From assembly GCF_009914755.1 (NCBI RefSeq), contig NC_060934.1: a DNA stretch of 64,000 bases. One strand, written 5' to 3'. Each line of letters begins with the position of its first letter. Position 1 is the first letter of the stretch. Position numbers and translations under genes: made by a program. The notes under the pieces were generated by a model. The model did not search any database, was not told the DNA's origin, and saw nothing but the letters and a program-made list of their open reading frames with translations. This DNA is from the human T2T-CHM13v2.0 reference genome, Homo sapiens. Shown piece by piece: positions 1 through 14,078 of the stretch.

Positions 1-249
1 ACAGAAAAAGACTTGTGGGCAAATTGGCCAAGACAGCAGAATAACAAACCCAGGTCTCGCGTGCGGTATGCCTGTGGGGAAAACATCTATGGAGTAGGGT
101 CGTCTAGTCCTTTGTGTAAGTGTGAAAAACTTGTTGGCATTGGATAGGGTGATATGCTTCCCAAGTCTGTTACCAACACTCCTAAGTTAAAAGTAAACAG
201 CAGTCACTTGCTTCCTTGGTTCTTAGATTCTAGTGTGCTCTTTTAGAAT

Positions 250-385
250 ATTCTAGAGTGCTTGTTAAATATGCAGATTCCTGGGAACCACCTCCAGTGA
301 GTCTAATTTCTTAGATATGACACAGAGCTTGGGACTCTTCATTTTCTTCAGTAAGTTCCATGGTGATTTTGGTGCAGATTGTCCC
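250..385. mobile_element. MER5-type hAT-Charlie DNA transposon fragment
   Basis: cttgttaaatatgcagattcctggg...ggtgattttggtgcag resembles the MER5A/B core. Confidence 0.55.
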
Positions 386-1759
386 AACTGTCCAGTTCTT
401 TATTTAACAATTGATCAGACCAGGGGCCAAGAGAAGAAACTACAGCTGTTCCATTTGACAAAAATAGCCCTCCAAAAGGCCTGCGACTAGTCAACATGCA
501 GATGGAACTTCTTGAGTTTGAGTAATTTTACGCATCTTAAGATCAGCCCTGGCTATTTCAATGCCAATCATCTTGAGGTATACCAGCTATTGAATGCATG
601 GCTCCCTGAATATCTCAGAAAATGAAATGGTTAAAATAGGAGGGGTATTGAAAATTGCTGTTTCTTGTTGATAGTTAAAATTTCATTGGCTGGATGTGAT
701 TTAAGCAGCAACATAAGATTCATTTAAACTGTCATAAATTAAGACATCCTATTATGGAGGGAAATTTTTTAGAAATCTTTCCCAGCAATTTCTAAAAAGA
801 GTAGGACTAACTTGGAACTCTTTGTAGTCATTCCTGCTAAAGGTAAGAATGGGCGTGCTCTCTCTAGTCTATTACCCTGTGATTTAGTTAGGTAGAGCTC
901 AGACTTGCACTGCTCCGAACAATGTGTTGTGAAGTTAAATTGAAGGCCTGAAAAGGTATGCATATATCCCACTACTTTATGAACTCTGTGACTCATAATG
1001 CCTTACAATATATTTGAAAGCAAATTAAAGACTTTATAAAATGTTTTTAAGTATGCCCCTCCTCTTTTAAAACATTTATGGCTTCTATAAATGCTATATA
1101 AAATGCTTTGGAGAGTGGTCATCGCTGGACTAAGGCTAGGTTGCATAAATATTTAGTTAGAGATATGAGCGTGTTTCTTGAAGCTGTACATGTGTCGGAG
1201 TTTCCTTGCTGTTCCTGCAAAGTCAGGCCTGTTAGCAATGTGATGGAAGATAAAGGAAGCGGGGAGCCAAGATGGAAATGCATATTTGCCATCGCAGGGG
1301 ATAGTGCTCCATTAAAGTATCACTGTTTTTGTTTCTGTACTTAAAAAATTTAAACATGTCTTTGATTGCAGACTGTTTTCATTGTGTCATTTTAAATAAT
1401 AATTAGGCTCCCTGCTTCAATCATTCTCTTTTAAAGTGATTTCGGAAGTCCATGACTGGAAAGATCCGGTATTTAAAGGAAAGGCACCTCTGAGGCTAAC
1501 AACTGGTGGTGTCATTTGACCAAGAACTTTCCCAGAAAATTCATCTGGGGATCCTTAGGCTCTTTTAGAATATTGAGTTTTGTTTTATTGTTATTTTTAA
1601 TCCCAAATACACCAGATGTTATTATTATCGCATATCTCTGGGAAGAGAAGAAGCTAAGATGAATGTGCCCTTATTTTTTATGTACTTCTAGTAGCTGTGC
1701 AATCTTCAATGACAGTGAACAGAATATATGCCCATGAAACTGACCAGAAAACAAAAATG

Positions 1760-2320
1760 TGTTGCTGTCTGCAATGTGCCAGTCACTGTGATAGGCAGTG
1801 AGCTTCAAAAATGAGTAAAGCATGGCCCTAGGGAGTCAGAGATCCAAGCAGAAAATTATAGTAAAATGTGATAAAATGTGTATAAGGAGAGGCCTGCAGC
1901 AGGAGAAGCTAATTCTAACTGGAGCTTTCAGGAGAAATGATGACTGTAAAGTGAGGAGGTAGAATCTGTGTATTCATTATTTAGCTTGAAAGCACTAACT
2001 TGCGTCAACCCATACTTGATATTTTGATGGTGGACAAATAATGGCATTTATTCAGGCAGGGAGTAGAGCCAGTGCAAAGGTACAGAGACTTGAAGGGACA
2101 GGATATAGCAGAAAATTAGTGGTGTGCAGTATTGCTTGAGCAACATTTGCAAGGAGGTTGGGGTTACCACTGGGCTAAGAGGTATACAGGGACTAGAGTA
2201 TGAAGAATTTTGAGTCTGTTGCAGAAGTGCTTAGATTTGGCCTGTTTGTAGTAGGGGAACCACTGAGTTATTTCGGATGGACAAGAACAGGATAAGATTT
2301 GTGTTTTGAGAAAAAGTTTT
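1760..2320 (-). mobile_element. L2 LINE 3' fragment, degraded
   Basis: atgtgccagtcactgtgataggc...gtgcaaaggtacagag...ggaaccactgag...gataagatttgtgttttgagaaa, typical antisense L2 3' region. Confidence 0.6.
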
Positions 2321-4689
2321 TGGAATCAGGAGCATCTCAATTGCATCCCATGCCCTTGGAAAATGGAAGGGAAAATCTGAGGCTCCTAACACTTCTTTCC
2401 TGACATCTGCTTCCATTATTTTTTTGTCATGGGGCAGTCAGGGATGCCTGGGCTCTAACACTGTTTGGGTATCCGGGTACACAAGGTAGGATGAAGAGAG
2501 AAAGGAATGAAGAGTAGAAAAATGAACATAATAGAATTATGAGCTTGAATCTCACATAGGCTCACATGTCCAGGCATTATTTTGCTGCTTTGATAATACT
2601 TGTGGCACACATGGGAATCCTGAAAGGTGCAAAGTCTCATGTTGGATCTGTAAGATGTAGCTTCTTAGCTTATGAGGCAGTTGGAAAACGTTAGGCTTTG
2701 TTCTCTCCAGTGCTTAAGTTATTCACTGGAAGTGCTCTAGCTACCATATCAACCTGTCTCTGCAGACAGACCATGGGTCAGACACTTGGATGGAAAGTCC
2801 AATATGTGCTTGATGATCCAGAAAGGAGTTATATGAAAAAGGAATTTTTTATCAAAAGGCCACAAAATACTCTATCAAACAAAGTCAAGCAAGCTTCCTT
2901 TCTTTGCAGCTTCTCAAGCCTTTAATGTTCCAAAGTACAATATGAATCTCCAAGACAATGATGGAATGTGTCCTAATTTTATATAATTTCCTAAAATTAT
3001 TTGTGAAAACTTATTTTTTTCTACAAAGCATCTTGTGAAACTTGTGTTTCCTGGGATGCTCTTTGGTCAAAGCCACTCTTGAGATTCATTTTTACAGGCC
3101 TCCTAATTGTACATTGAATGGAATTCCCTTCATCAAAAGTTGTGCCTACTCAGTTCCTAAAATGCCAGAGGGAGTGAAAACCAGACCATTCAGCAAAAAC
3201 AAAAGGTGCCCCCTACTAATAATTTGACATCATGTTGGTGAAACAAAGGCTTGCATTCCTCCCATTCTAACTGGTTGCTTTTGCAAAGACACAACTTCCG
3301 GTTCTGGTGGGCAGAATGGGGTCTGTTGGGAAGGTTCCAGCAAAAGGCAACTCTTCTTGACCTTGTACCATTGAAAGTCACAGAGCTATTAAAGTAGCGA
3401 CCAGGGCATTCAGAAGAGCTGTGACTAGGCATAATGTGCCTTTTGAGGGTGACCATTCATTTGTCCATCTAATTAGCACTCAGCACCTTTGATTGCCCCA
3501 TACATCTTTAAAAAATTCAAATAGGTAGTGAAAACTGCTTGGATTGCAGGGCTCAGATGAAAATTGAGGCCTGGCCTTGTATTTATGGAGGTTTCTTCTT
3601 TCCAGGACGTCTTACCTGTTTCCTTAGCCCTGTTCTCAGTAATGCCTGCCACAAAGAACCCCATAAATTTAGCATTTGCAGCTATAAGTTTGTCATTCTT
3701 TTCTTGAAATAAGATAAGGGTACTATTATAAAACAGCAGAAGGCTGAATGTGAGAGCAGCCGACATATTGTTGACTGATTCATCTGGGGCATTTAGTTCT
3801 TCAAAATGGAAAAACAAAATAGGGTCTAAAAAGCAAACACAGTAAATTAAAGGAATGTTATTCTATGCATAGAACAGCTGTTTTAATACTTGCTTGGTAG
3901 GGTCATGTGACTGACCCACTTCTTTTAGGATAAAATATGTCTTCCTCTAAGGTTATTATTAAAGACACATGGAGACATTTACTTTGGTCTCCTTGTCAGC
4001 ATTGTGCCACATTACAAGAAAATACAAAACACCATTTAAATTGGGTTTAGATCCTTCATTTGCATGAAAACGATAGTTAATTGTGTCCCTGTGATGATAA
4101 TTAGTGTTCAGCTAAGAGGACCTTTTCATTGTTGGCCCGAGGTGAGGCCTGAGTTACTAAGAATTGTACTGGTGGTAGCTGTTTTCTTTTAAGTAACTGC
4201 ACAGCTCTGTCTGTTTTGCCAACTGGCAAAATGAATTAACAGGAAGTGAAACATTTAGTGTTTACATGAGCTAGGACATTGTTACCCAACACAAGGAGAA
4301 AGCTCACTTTGGGCCTTCTTTGGTTATGGGATGCTTATTGTCTAATTTCTTCAGCAAACATGGAGTACCTACTCAATATTAGGACCTGGTGTGCCCTGCA
4401 CAATTAGAAGCTCTCAGAGAGCAGGGACTCCACAGTAGCATAATTGAAATCTCTGTTCACTTTGAATCCTGAACTAGAAATGTTCTCACCCACCTGAGGC
4501 TTGACCATGTTTTCAGAGCTGCCACGTGGCAGGAAAAGAGTCCAAATCTGCTCCTTCTGCAGTGATCTCTCCCTGTGCTACTTCCTTACACTGCTTTGCT
4601 CTGTACCAGCCATTCAGGAAGATTTATCAAGTGGCTAGTTATTATAGAACAGGACAGAATACTGGGCCAGATCCCCCCTCCATCCCACT

Positions 4690-4872
4690 TAACTGTGCCT
4701 TAATCATTAAGTGTTCTCCAGTTGACCTCTCTGTGAACTCCTAAAAGGTCAAGACCAATTCTGTTTCACCTTAGAACATGCAATTCTGTAGTGCATTACA
4801 TGCATGCAATTGCATTATATCCAACGTGTAATAAATATGTGCTGAATGCATGAATGAGAGAATGAATGAATG
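4690..4872 (+). mobile_element. L2 3' end
   Basis: taataaatatgtgctgaatgcatgaatgagagaatgaatgaatg, the L2 terminal (GAAT)n tail. Confidence 0.6.
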
Positions 4873-5149
4873 ATCTTGCCGTATTTCAACTTAGCACAGG
4901 GTCCATTCTCTACCTTTGTGACATCTAGCTACATCTTGCGTTGTCTTCTGGTGGTAGGGTCCTGGCTACCTTATGGTGCAACCCTTTTCTCTATGGGCAA
5001 CTCTGACTGTAAAATGGTCCTTTCTCTTTTTAATATCCAGTCAGCTGTAACATCACGGGGTCTACCTCCTGAAGCCATGTGGAGTTTGGTCTGATTCCTC
5101 TTTCACATAATTCTTCAGCTATTGGAAGACACCTGGTATATGTTTCTCA

Positions 5150-5480
5150 TCTCCATATTTAACATAACAGTTTCCTCAGTTGGTCCTCATATGACATGGT
5201 TCCCCAATACATCTCTATCTTTAATGCTTTCATATCAACATAGTAATTTAACCAGTGGTTTAAAAAAATTATTTTATTTTGTTTTAATGAGCGTGGAGCC
5301 AGAACTGAGCATAGTATTTCATGAAGGAATGATCAGGGCAGAATAGATACAGATCATTGCCTTCCTCCATCTGACCTTCTGCTTATACTATTTTTATAAT
5401 TGGGGACTGTACAATTCATTATTTTATTGCATTTCATTTTCAGCAGTCATGCCATTGAATTGATTCATACAAACTAGCGG
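5150..5480 (-). mobile_element. L3/CR1 LINE ORF2 relic
   Basis: Minus strand of 5294-5347 reads YSALII..YYAQFW (one frameshift), matching the CR1 motif LYSALVRPHLEYCVQFW. Confidence 0.6.
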
Positions 5481-5490
5481 TTATCTAAAC

Positions 5491-6075
<585 letters not shown>

Positions 6076-6264
6076 CTACATGAGATCTTGCAAATCTTTA
6101 AAAGTGATTCAGTAGGACCATGTCCTTGTAGGTGAAGCTTTTCCAGGCCCTCTGTCAACCATTTCTTCCAAGACTTCTACTTTCTTAACTTTCTGGTCAC
6201 CCACCTTGCAGTTAGAGCAGTGCTCCTGGGATGGAATGCTTTGGTTGTCATCTGAAGCCTAGGA

Positions 6265-6425
6265 CAGTGCTTCTCAAACTTTACTGTGCCTAGAAACCAC
6301 CTGGAGATTTTGTTAAAATCACATTCTGATTCAGTGGGTCTAGGGTGGAGGAAGACTGCATTTCTAAAAAGCTCACAGGTGGTGCCTGGGGCAGAAGGCC
6401 AGTGGGCCGCACTTTGAGGAGGAAG
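6265..6425. mobile_element. MER5A/B hAT MITE
   Basis: cagtgcttctcaaacttt...ctggagattttgttaaaa...ttctgattcagtgggtctagggtgg...tgcatttctaa...cactttgag. Confidence 0.8.
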
Positions 6426-7394
6426 AGTCTTAGCATGTTTTCTCTTGGCATTGTTTGGACAAAGGCTTTTTCCATTCCCTTGGAGCAGAGTGCAAGCCTC
6501 TTATGCTGGGAACCTTTGACTGTCACACTCAGCCCTGGCCATGTGTCAGGACAGAGTAGTTGAGCACCATGATGTTATAATGCTGAAGAAGACTAATGGC
6601 CTGCTTAATTGCTGAGCAGTGTTTATAACTTACAGGTCTTTGCATCGCCCTATTCTAGGTTAAGGAGAAACAATAACAAAGCGATATTACTCTCCTAATT
6701 GAAAGTTGGAGGGTGGAATGAAGGAGGAGCTGCCCCCAGTCACAGACTTGGAGGAATGAACTATCCAGTTGTGAGCTGGTTTCTCCAGATTATGCATATG
6801 TTTATAAATTATCCTAGGTGTTCTTTTTCCTCATTCCTTTTATTGTAGAGTGTATTTCTTTAAAGTGACAGGTTTTATTTTTTTCCCCACTCTGTGCAGA
6901 TTTCGAGGATGATGTAGCTTAATAAATCAAACTGATTTCTACTATTGTATGAAGACTCCTTAATCAGTTCTTTGAATTAATGCAATCAAATGGTTGAATT
7001 CTTACATTCATCTCTGTATTTATGGCTCTGTTGTGCTTTTTTATTGAATTGGAAGAGGAATATCTTCATTCACAGCCAAAATAAAATAAATCTAGGCAGG
7101 TTATCTAGTAAAATGACTAAGGTATAGGGTATGGGATGTGTATGTGTGTGTGCACTTGTGTGTGAATGTGTGCCTAAAAATACAGATGTCATCTGTGTCG
7201 TTCTAATATTAAATTTTGTTTTGGAACTTCATATTCATGAAGCCAGCATTATGTCAAACTCTGTGATAATGGTCCTGTTTTTACCAGGTCATGAATCCAG
7301 GGGTTCTCAAACATGTTCAAGAAGCAGGGCATTTGAAAATTATGGTGTTTCTTGAGTGATACCATGGATTTCATATGCCCCGGTTTAAGGGCAC

Positions 7395-7620
7395 AGGCTC
7401 TAGAGTTAGGCAACCTAGAGGAATTCCCGTTTCCTCCATGGACTGGCTATGTGACCTTGTTACTTAACTTCTCTATTCCTCCTTTCCCTTATCCTTAAAG
7501 TAGGGATAATACTGAAGTGTCTATCTTGCAGAACCATGCTGAGGCTTAGAACCACAGGCATTTACTTGTATCCTTGACACCCATGCAGCAAGTATGTGCT
7601 ACGTGGAGACCATTATTAGT
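7395..7620 (+). mobile_element. MIR SINE
   Basis: MIR core gctatgtgaccttg...ttacttaacttctct...taaagtagggataatac. Confidence 0.7.
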
Positions 7621-8007
7621 ATTAACCCAAACTTAAAACGGCTAAATATAGCATTTTCTGCCAAATCAGAAATGCTATCTTATGGCACATTCTCTCAGAG
7701 ACAATAGTCACAGGCACTGAGGATGTAAGAAAAATGATTAGAGGACAATAATAAAATTGAAATAGTGCTATCCTTTAACAAATTGGGAAGCTATCTCCAT
7801 TATTGAGTTTTAATCCAGGATCTTGGCAGACACAGGAGTTTGGCTGAGAGAGTTTGTGCATTAGCCCTACCCTGCTTTTTCACGTGCTCTGAAGCATCCT
7901 GAATCTACAACATGTGATGCACATTGAAACCTCTTTCTTTCTGATTTTACAATATCAGTATGGTACACCGATCAATTAAAAATACTTTGTAAACATATGT
8001 GGAGTAA

Positions 8008-8317
<310 letters not shown>

Positions 8318-8749
8318 TAGACCTCATTTTTAAAATATGGCAGGCATACATCTGAATGTATGCATGTTTAATGGAGCTAATGATAGAAACGTTAGAGAGT
8401 GATTATTCTAATTACTAAACAATTCACAGGATTTCTTACCACAGCAAATGCCTTTCATGTCTACTTTTTGCCAGTTTATAATATGGTTCACAAACATAAA
8501 AGTTCTCTGTCTTAAAATTCTGATGCCATTCATCGATCTAGTTGGATGAGTTTTTATTACTTGCATAAGAGGGGATTGGGGTGGGATGGTCATATGGGTT
8601 TGTAGGCATCTACAAACAGCATGCTGTAAAGTCTTATTTCTTGAGTTTTCACCAGTAGCAATAGTCTTATTGCTAATCGACTTCATCATAAAAATTGTAC
8701 TTGATATTGGATAGCATGCCACATATTACCAACCACTTTCACGTGTATA

Positions 8750-9070
8750 TTTTTTCTTTTTCTTTTTCTTTTTTTTTTTTTTCTTTCTGAGACAGGGCTT
8801 AGCTCTTGTTGCTCAGGCTGGAGTGCAGTGGCACAATCTCGGCTCACTGCAGCGCCTGCCTCCCAGGTTCAAGCTATTCTCCTGCCTCAGCCTCCTGAGT
8901 AGCTGGGATTACAGGTGCCTGCCACCACGCCCAGCTAATTTTTGTATTTCAGTAGAGATGGGGTTTCGCCATGTTGGCCAGGCTGGTCTCAAATTCCTGA
9001 CCTCAGGTGATCTGCCTGCCTTGGCCTCCCAAAGTGCTGGGATTACAGGCGTGAGCCACCATGCCTGGCC
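8750..9070 (-). mobile_element. AluS (Sq/Sx-like)
   Basis: T-rich tail 8750-8788, full dimer ending cctggcc. Confidence 0.95.
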
Positions 9071-9099
9071 AATTTTTTTTATTTCGTAACGCTTAGTGA

Positions 9100-9451
<352 letters not shown>

Positions 9452-9469
9452 AGTGGCCCTATATTATTA

Positions 9470-9575
9470 TTGAAGAAAGATACAGAGAGCTGAAATGATT
9501 TGTCGAATGTCACATGACTTGTAAGCACCAGAGCTAGGTCTCATACCAAGTTCTGCTTCTTCCAAATCCGTTGTC
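9470..9575 (-). mobile_element. MIR fragment
   Basis: cagagagctgaaatgatttgtcgaatgtcacatgacttgtaagcaccagagctagg. Confidence 0.6.
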
Positions 9576-9844
9576 CAGCTTGTTGGGTATGTCTGAGTCC
9601 CTGTTAGCCACAATGCCATAATTGTTATAGTGTTCTTAGAGTAGAGCTCAGAGCCTATTATGTTGCATCTGTATCTCATCCTCACCTCTTCTTTTGTTGG
9701 ATACATTTTTCATGATTTGCTGAGGATATTGTGGACTTAGTGTCAAATATTTTTCAGGTCAGAAGTTTTGTAGCCCTTGGAAATCAACCAATAACCTATG
9801 TAAAACTGGTGCCGATGTTTCTGCTGAGAGCTTCAGAACTGCTA

Positions 9845-10330
9845 TATCAATTAGCTTTTGCTGGGTAAAAAACTACTCCCCACAATTAGTGACTTAAAAC
9901 AGCAAATATTTCTTTAGTTCCCAGTTGTGCAGATTGGCAGTTTGGACTCGGTTGGATGGTTCTTTGCAATCAGAGCGGTCCTGGCTCTTCTTGGCTGGTC
10001 TTTCTCACAGGTCTTTGGTCTCAGCTGGGGACCCTAGGATGGCTTATATGGCTGGGGTCTCTCTTCATGTGGCCTTTCCTTTTTCAGCAGGTTAGTCTCA
10101 GTGTTGTTCACATGGTGGCTTCAGAGTTCCATGAGCAGCAAAGAACAAGCCCCGTACCTTTCAAGTCTGATTCTGTCACGTTGGCTACTTTTTTATTGCT
10201 CAAAGCTAGTTATGTGGCCAAGCCCAGAGTCAACATAAGAAGGGATTGTTTTGGCGAGAAATCACCAGGGACACAGATACAGGGAGATCTGAACAAATTG
10301 AGAGCCATTACCGCAACAGTCTGTTACACT
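9845..10330 (-). mobile_element. Old MaLR LTR (MLT1J/K-like)
   Basis: ttagcttttgctgggtaaaaaactactcccc...ttagtgacttaaaacagcaaatattt...ccaagcccagagtcaa. Confidence 0.7.
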
Positions 10331-11219
10331 GCCACATCAAGTTTTCCTTTCCTTCCAAACTTTTTGAGTGAAGTTCTAATGCCCTGAAAACCCAGGAGAT
10401 ACTTTCTCTTCACTGAGGCATTTCCTTCCCTGACTTCCTCCATGGGACAGCTTGGCATTAATGAATTGAAAGATTGTCCTTAGTCAGGGCTTTTCTGACT
10501 TCTTAATGGTGTGCATGTAACTTCTCCTTGTCAGGTTTCCCTTTAGAAATGCATGCATTTATTTGGAATCCGGATGCTGGAGTTTTCTGTTTGGAAAAGA
10601 ATTTTAATGAAACTTTATCAGGTGTGTGTTCACCAAAATGAAGAGGACTCTTTTGTGTCCAGAGAAAGCTATCTGGCAGTCAGGAGCCCTTTAGAAAAAG
10701 GACTGCAGAATGAAGGAAAGCTAAACCTCTCTTTAATGATTTTCTCTTTTTAAAACATATTACTTTGCATGAAAATTTGTGTCAAGGAGTTTAGCTCATG
10801 GAAGGGGAACTTGATGTGCAATCTGGAGGAAGGAGCGGACACTAGATGATAATTCTCAAGCAGATGAAAGAGAATATTTCACATTGCTGAGACACATGTG
10901 ACTTCTTTGGATGCAAATAACAGAAAGGTTGATGACAGTTATCCCTGTTCCCTGCTCTGCGGAGAAATCACCAGCTTAGCAACACTAAATGGCAAGGCAT
11001 TTGTGGCTGAGTTCTTTCTCTGACTAATTGGAAACACATCTCTCTATTTTCCTGCCATTGAGAAAGAGCTACTCTTTGGTAAATGGTATTCAGTGGTTTA
11101 CTTTTCTAAAAACTCAGCCCTGTGCTGAGCTTTTGGTCAGAAGAATGGAAATGCTTTCTAATGCCAGAGAGCATGAGTACTTTTTGTGGAGACAGTGGGA
11201 TCCATTAGAAAGTGACTGG

Positions 11220-11360
11220 ACATTTTGGAGTCCCAACTTGGTAGAATCTCACAAGTTCTGCTCCCTGTGAGTTCAACAACTTGAACAAATCCCTTCTCTT
11301 CTCTGGCCTCAGCTTCTTCACTTGTAAAATGAGAAGAATGGAGCAAATAATTTCAAAGGG
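11220..11360 (+). mobile_element. MIR fragment
   Basis: cttgaacaaatcccttctcttctctggcctcagcttcttcacttgtaaaatgaga core. Confidence 0.65.
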
Positions 11361-11372
11361 TTTAAAAAAAAT

Positions 11373-11503
11373 GTTTTTGAATAGAGACTGCGTCTCACTC
11401 ACTGTGTTGCCCAGGCTGCTCTCAACCTCCTGGGCTCAAGTGATCCTCCTGCCTTGGTCTCCCGAAGTGCTAGGATTACAGGCATGAGCCACTGTCCCTG
11501 GCC
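11373..11503 (-). mobile_element. Free left Alu monomer (FLAM_C-like)
   Basis: ~130-bp single left arm: tgttgcccaggctg...ctcctgggctcaagtgatcctcc...gagccactgtccctggcc. Confidence 0.85.
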
Positions 11504-11696
11504 CAAAGTATTTTTTAATCTCTGTCAGGTCAGACTATAATTTGGAAAAATATATATTTAATTTTTGGTTATAAATTTAGGATTTTGAGATTTGGTGATT
11601 CGGAGAAGACATTGTGAAATACTTACTGGGTTTATGGCAGAGGACACTTTGTAAAACAAAACAAAGCAAATCTCTATTCTTGCCCTGATAGGGATT

Positions 11697-12493
11697 GTGC
11701 CACCCATCTCTCCATGTGCCCGTCCACCCATCTCTATTCCATGTGCCCGTCCACCCATCTCTATTCCATGTACTTGTCCACCCATCTCTCCATGTGCCTG
11801 TCCACCCATCTCTATTCCATGTGCCCATCTACCCATCTCTATTTCATGTGCCCATCCACCCATCTCTATTTCATGTGCCCATCCACCCATCTCTCCATGT
11901 GTCTGTCCACCCATTTCTCCATGTTCCCATCCACCCATCTCTATCTCATGTGGCCATCTACCCATCTCTCCATGTGCCCGTCCACCCATCCCTATTCCAT
12001 GTGCCCATCTACCCATCTCTATTCCATGTGCCCATCCCACCCATCTCTATTCCATGTGCCCATCCACCCATCTCTATTTCATGTGCCTGTCCACCCATCT
12101 CTATTCCATGTGCCTGTCCACCCGTCTCTATTCCATGTGCCTGTCCACCCATCTCTATTTTATGTATCCATCAACCCATCTCTCCATGTGCCCGTCCACC
12201 CATCTCTATTCCATGTGCCCATCCACCCATCTCTCCATGTGCCCATCTACCCATCTCTATTCCATGTGCCTGTCCACCCATCTCTATTCCATGTGCCCGT
12301 CCACCCATCTCTATTCCATGTGCCCATCCACCCATCTTTATTTCATGTGCCTGTCCACCCATCTCTATTCCATGTGCCCATCCACCCATCTCTCCATGTG
12401 CCCATCCACCCATCTCTATTCCATGTGCCCATCTACCCATCTCTATTCCATATGCCTGTCCACTCATCTCTCCATGTGCCCATTCACCCACAT
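11697..12493. repeat. Minisatellite/VNTR, ~30 copies of 27-bp CCATGTGCCC(G/A)TCCACCCATCTCTATT and a 24-bp variant lacking ATT
   Basis: Directly visible tandem array; 30 units counted via the translated repeat. Confidence 0.97.
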
Positions 12494-13911
12494 ATCCACT
12501 ACCTTCTTATTTTCTTCATTTGTTCCAGACATTAGTGTTAAGGTGCTTAACTTCTTTAATTTATCCAGCTCTTGCAGGGAAACAAGACACAGTTTTTAAA
12601 TAGCAAATGAGGAAAGTGAGGCCACAAGGTTATATCATTTACCCAATGTCCTCAGATGGTATAGGGGAAAATTACGACTAATCCCCAATTGTAGGTCCAG
12701 GGCTCTTTCCCTAAGATATAACACTTCTTTTGTGCCTCTTCTAAAATGTCCTAGAAAAGCCAGAACCTGACATCTGTTTCTTAAGTTTGGGGTGGCCCAA
12801 GGTCCCAATCTAGGGCTTAATTGTTGAATGAGAAAGAAATAGGGTTATTTCCTTTCCGGAAGAATGTTATTTGAGCTGCCATCCTCCACCATAAATGAAG
12901 ATGGTAGGTTTTTGAGCACTCTGTGGCTAGAAGAATGATGAACATTATGAGAGATCCAGAAAAATCAGGAGAATCCCTGGCTTCTGGAGTTTACTGGCAG
13001 AGTCTGATATGACAGTGACATACTCATGACATCACCCATGACAGTGATATATTTGACAAATGAGGGCCCCACATAATAAGTAGTCATTTTCATAGTACTT
13101 AAGAAAAGGGAGACAGAGGCCCCTAGCAACCGTGGGATCCTCTAACTGCCAGAGGTAGTAGAGGATGCCTAGGTCCCAAGAGCGCACTTAAAAAAGAGAG
13201 GAAAAGCCACTTCTTCCTAAGTAACTTTCTCTGGAAAGCTGTGATGTCCCTCCAGAGGGGCTTAGGACAGAGGTTGTTGGACCCGGAAGAGCATATTTCA
13301 CCTAAATCTTGGGGTGAAAACACAGACCAGATGGGGTGCCTCTTCTGTGTCTCTCCATATAAAGAAGGATATATCCTGGGTTTCGAGGTGGATTCAATTC
13401 TTAAAACAGACCCCATCATCCACCCCAGGCAATTTTGTTTGATCCCAAGTTCAGTAATGTGAAGTAAAGTTTCCCAGACTTTAATGGCTTAAAATGAAAG
13501 AGAATCATGTTTTTCTGTCTGAAACTGGAAATCCAAAGAGTTGCTCAGTGAGAATGTTCAGACTTCTACCTTGAGGCTCAGCTACAGGAAATTGGGAAAT
13601 TTGGGTCAGATGTCTCATTCACATTCCAAATTGATAAAGGGTGGGAACGTTTGGAGAATTGTCTGAATCATAATGCTACTGAGAAAGTTAGAAAATATAG
13701 GATTATTATTCCCTAAATTACTTTTCTTTGTGGGGGTGCGGGGTGAAGGGGAGGAGGTTGAGGAGAAATTGTCAGTATGCTCTAGATGGCAGAGAGTGGT
13801 GTTTCATTTAGCTATTCCAGTGGGTGGATTGTACCAGTGTAGAGATGCTGGGCCTTCCTGTTGTGAAGTAACTCTTGGGGGAAGTTGGCTGGTGGTAGGA
13901 TATGCAGATCT

Positions 13912-14078
13912 TTGCTACTGAAAATGGGGTCTTTGGGCCAGCAACATTGGCATCACCAGGGAGCCTGTCAGAAATGCAGAATCGTTGAGGCCACCATCCC
14001 AGACCTACTGAATTAGCATCCACCTTTTAACAAAACCTCCCAGTGACCCATACGCATGGGAAACTCGAGAAGCATTGG
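13912..14078. mobile_element. MER5A hAT MITE
   Basis: ccagcaacattggcatcaccagggagcctgtcagaaatgcagaatc...cccagacctactgaattag...gagaagcattg. Confidence 0.85.

Noticed and set aside
9956-10387. 143-aa hydrophobic ORF
   Set aside because: Lies within an MLT1 LTR; no recognisable domain
11697-12493. CRISPR-like array
   Set aside because: Head-to-tail units with no unique spacers, in human DNA with no cas genes
11558-12603. Long ORFs on both strands as real protein-coding genes
   Set aside because: Fully explained by a stop-poor tandem repeat; several frames open at once, a frameshifting C is tolerated, and no promoter or splice structure is evident
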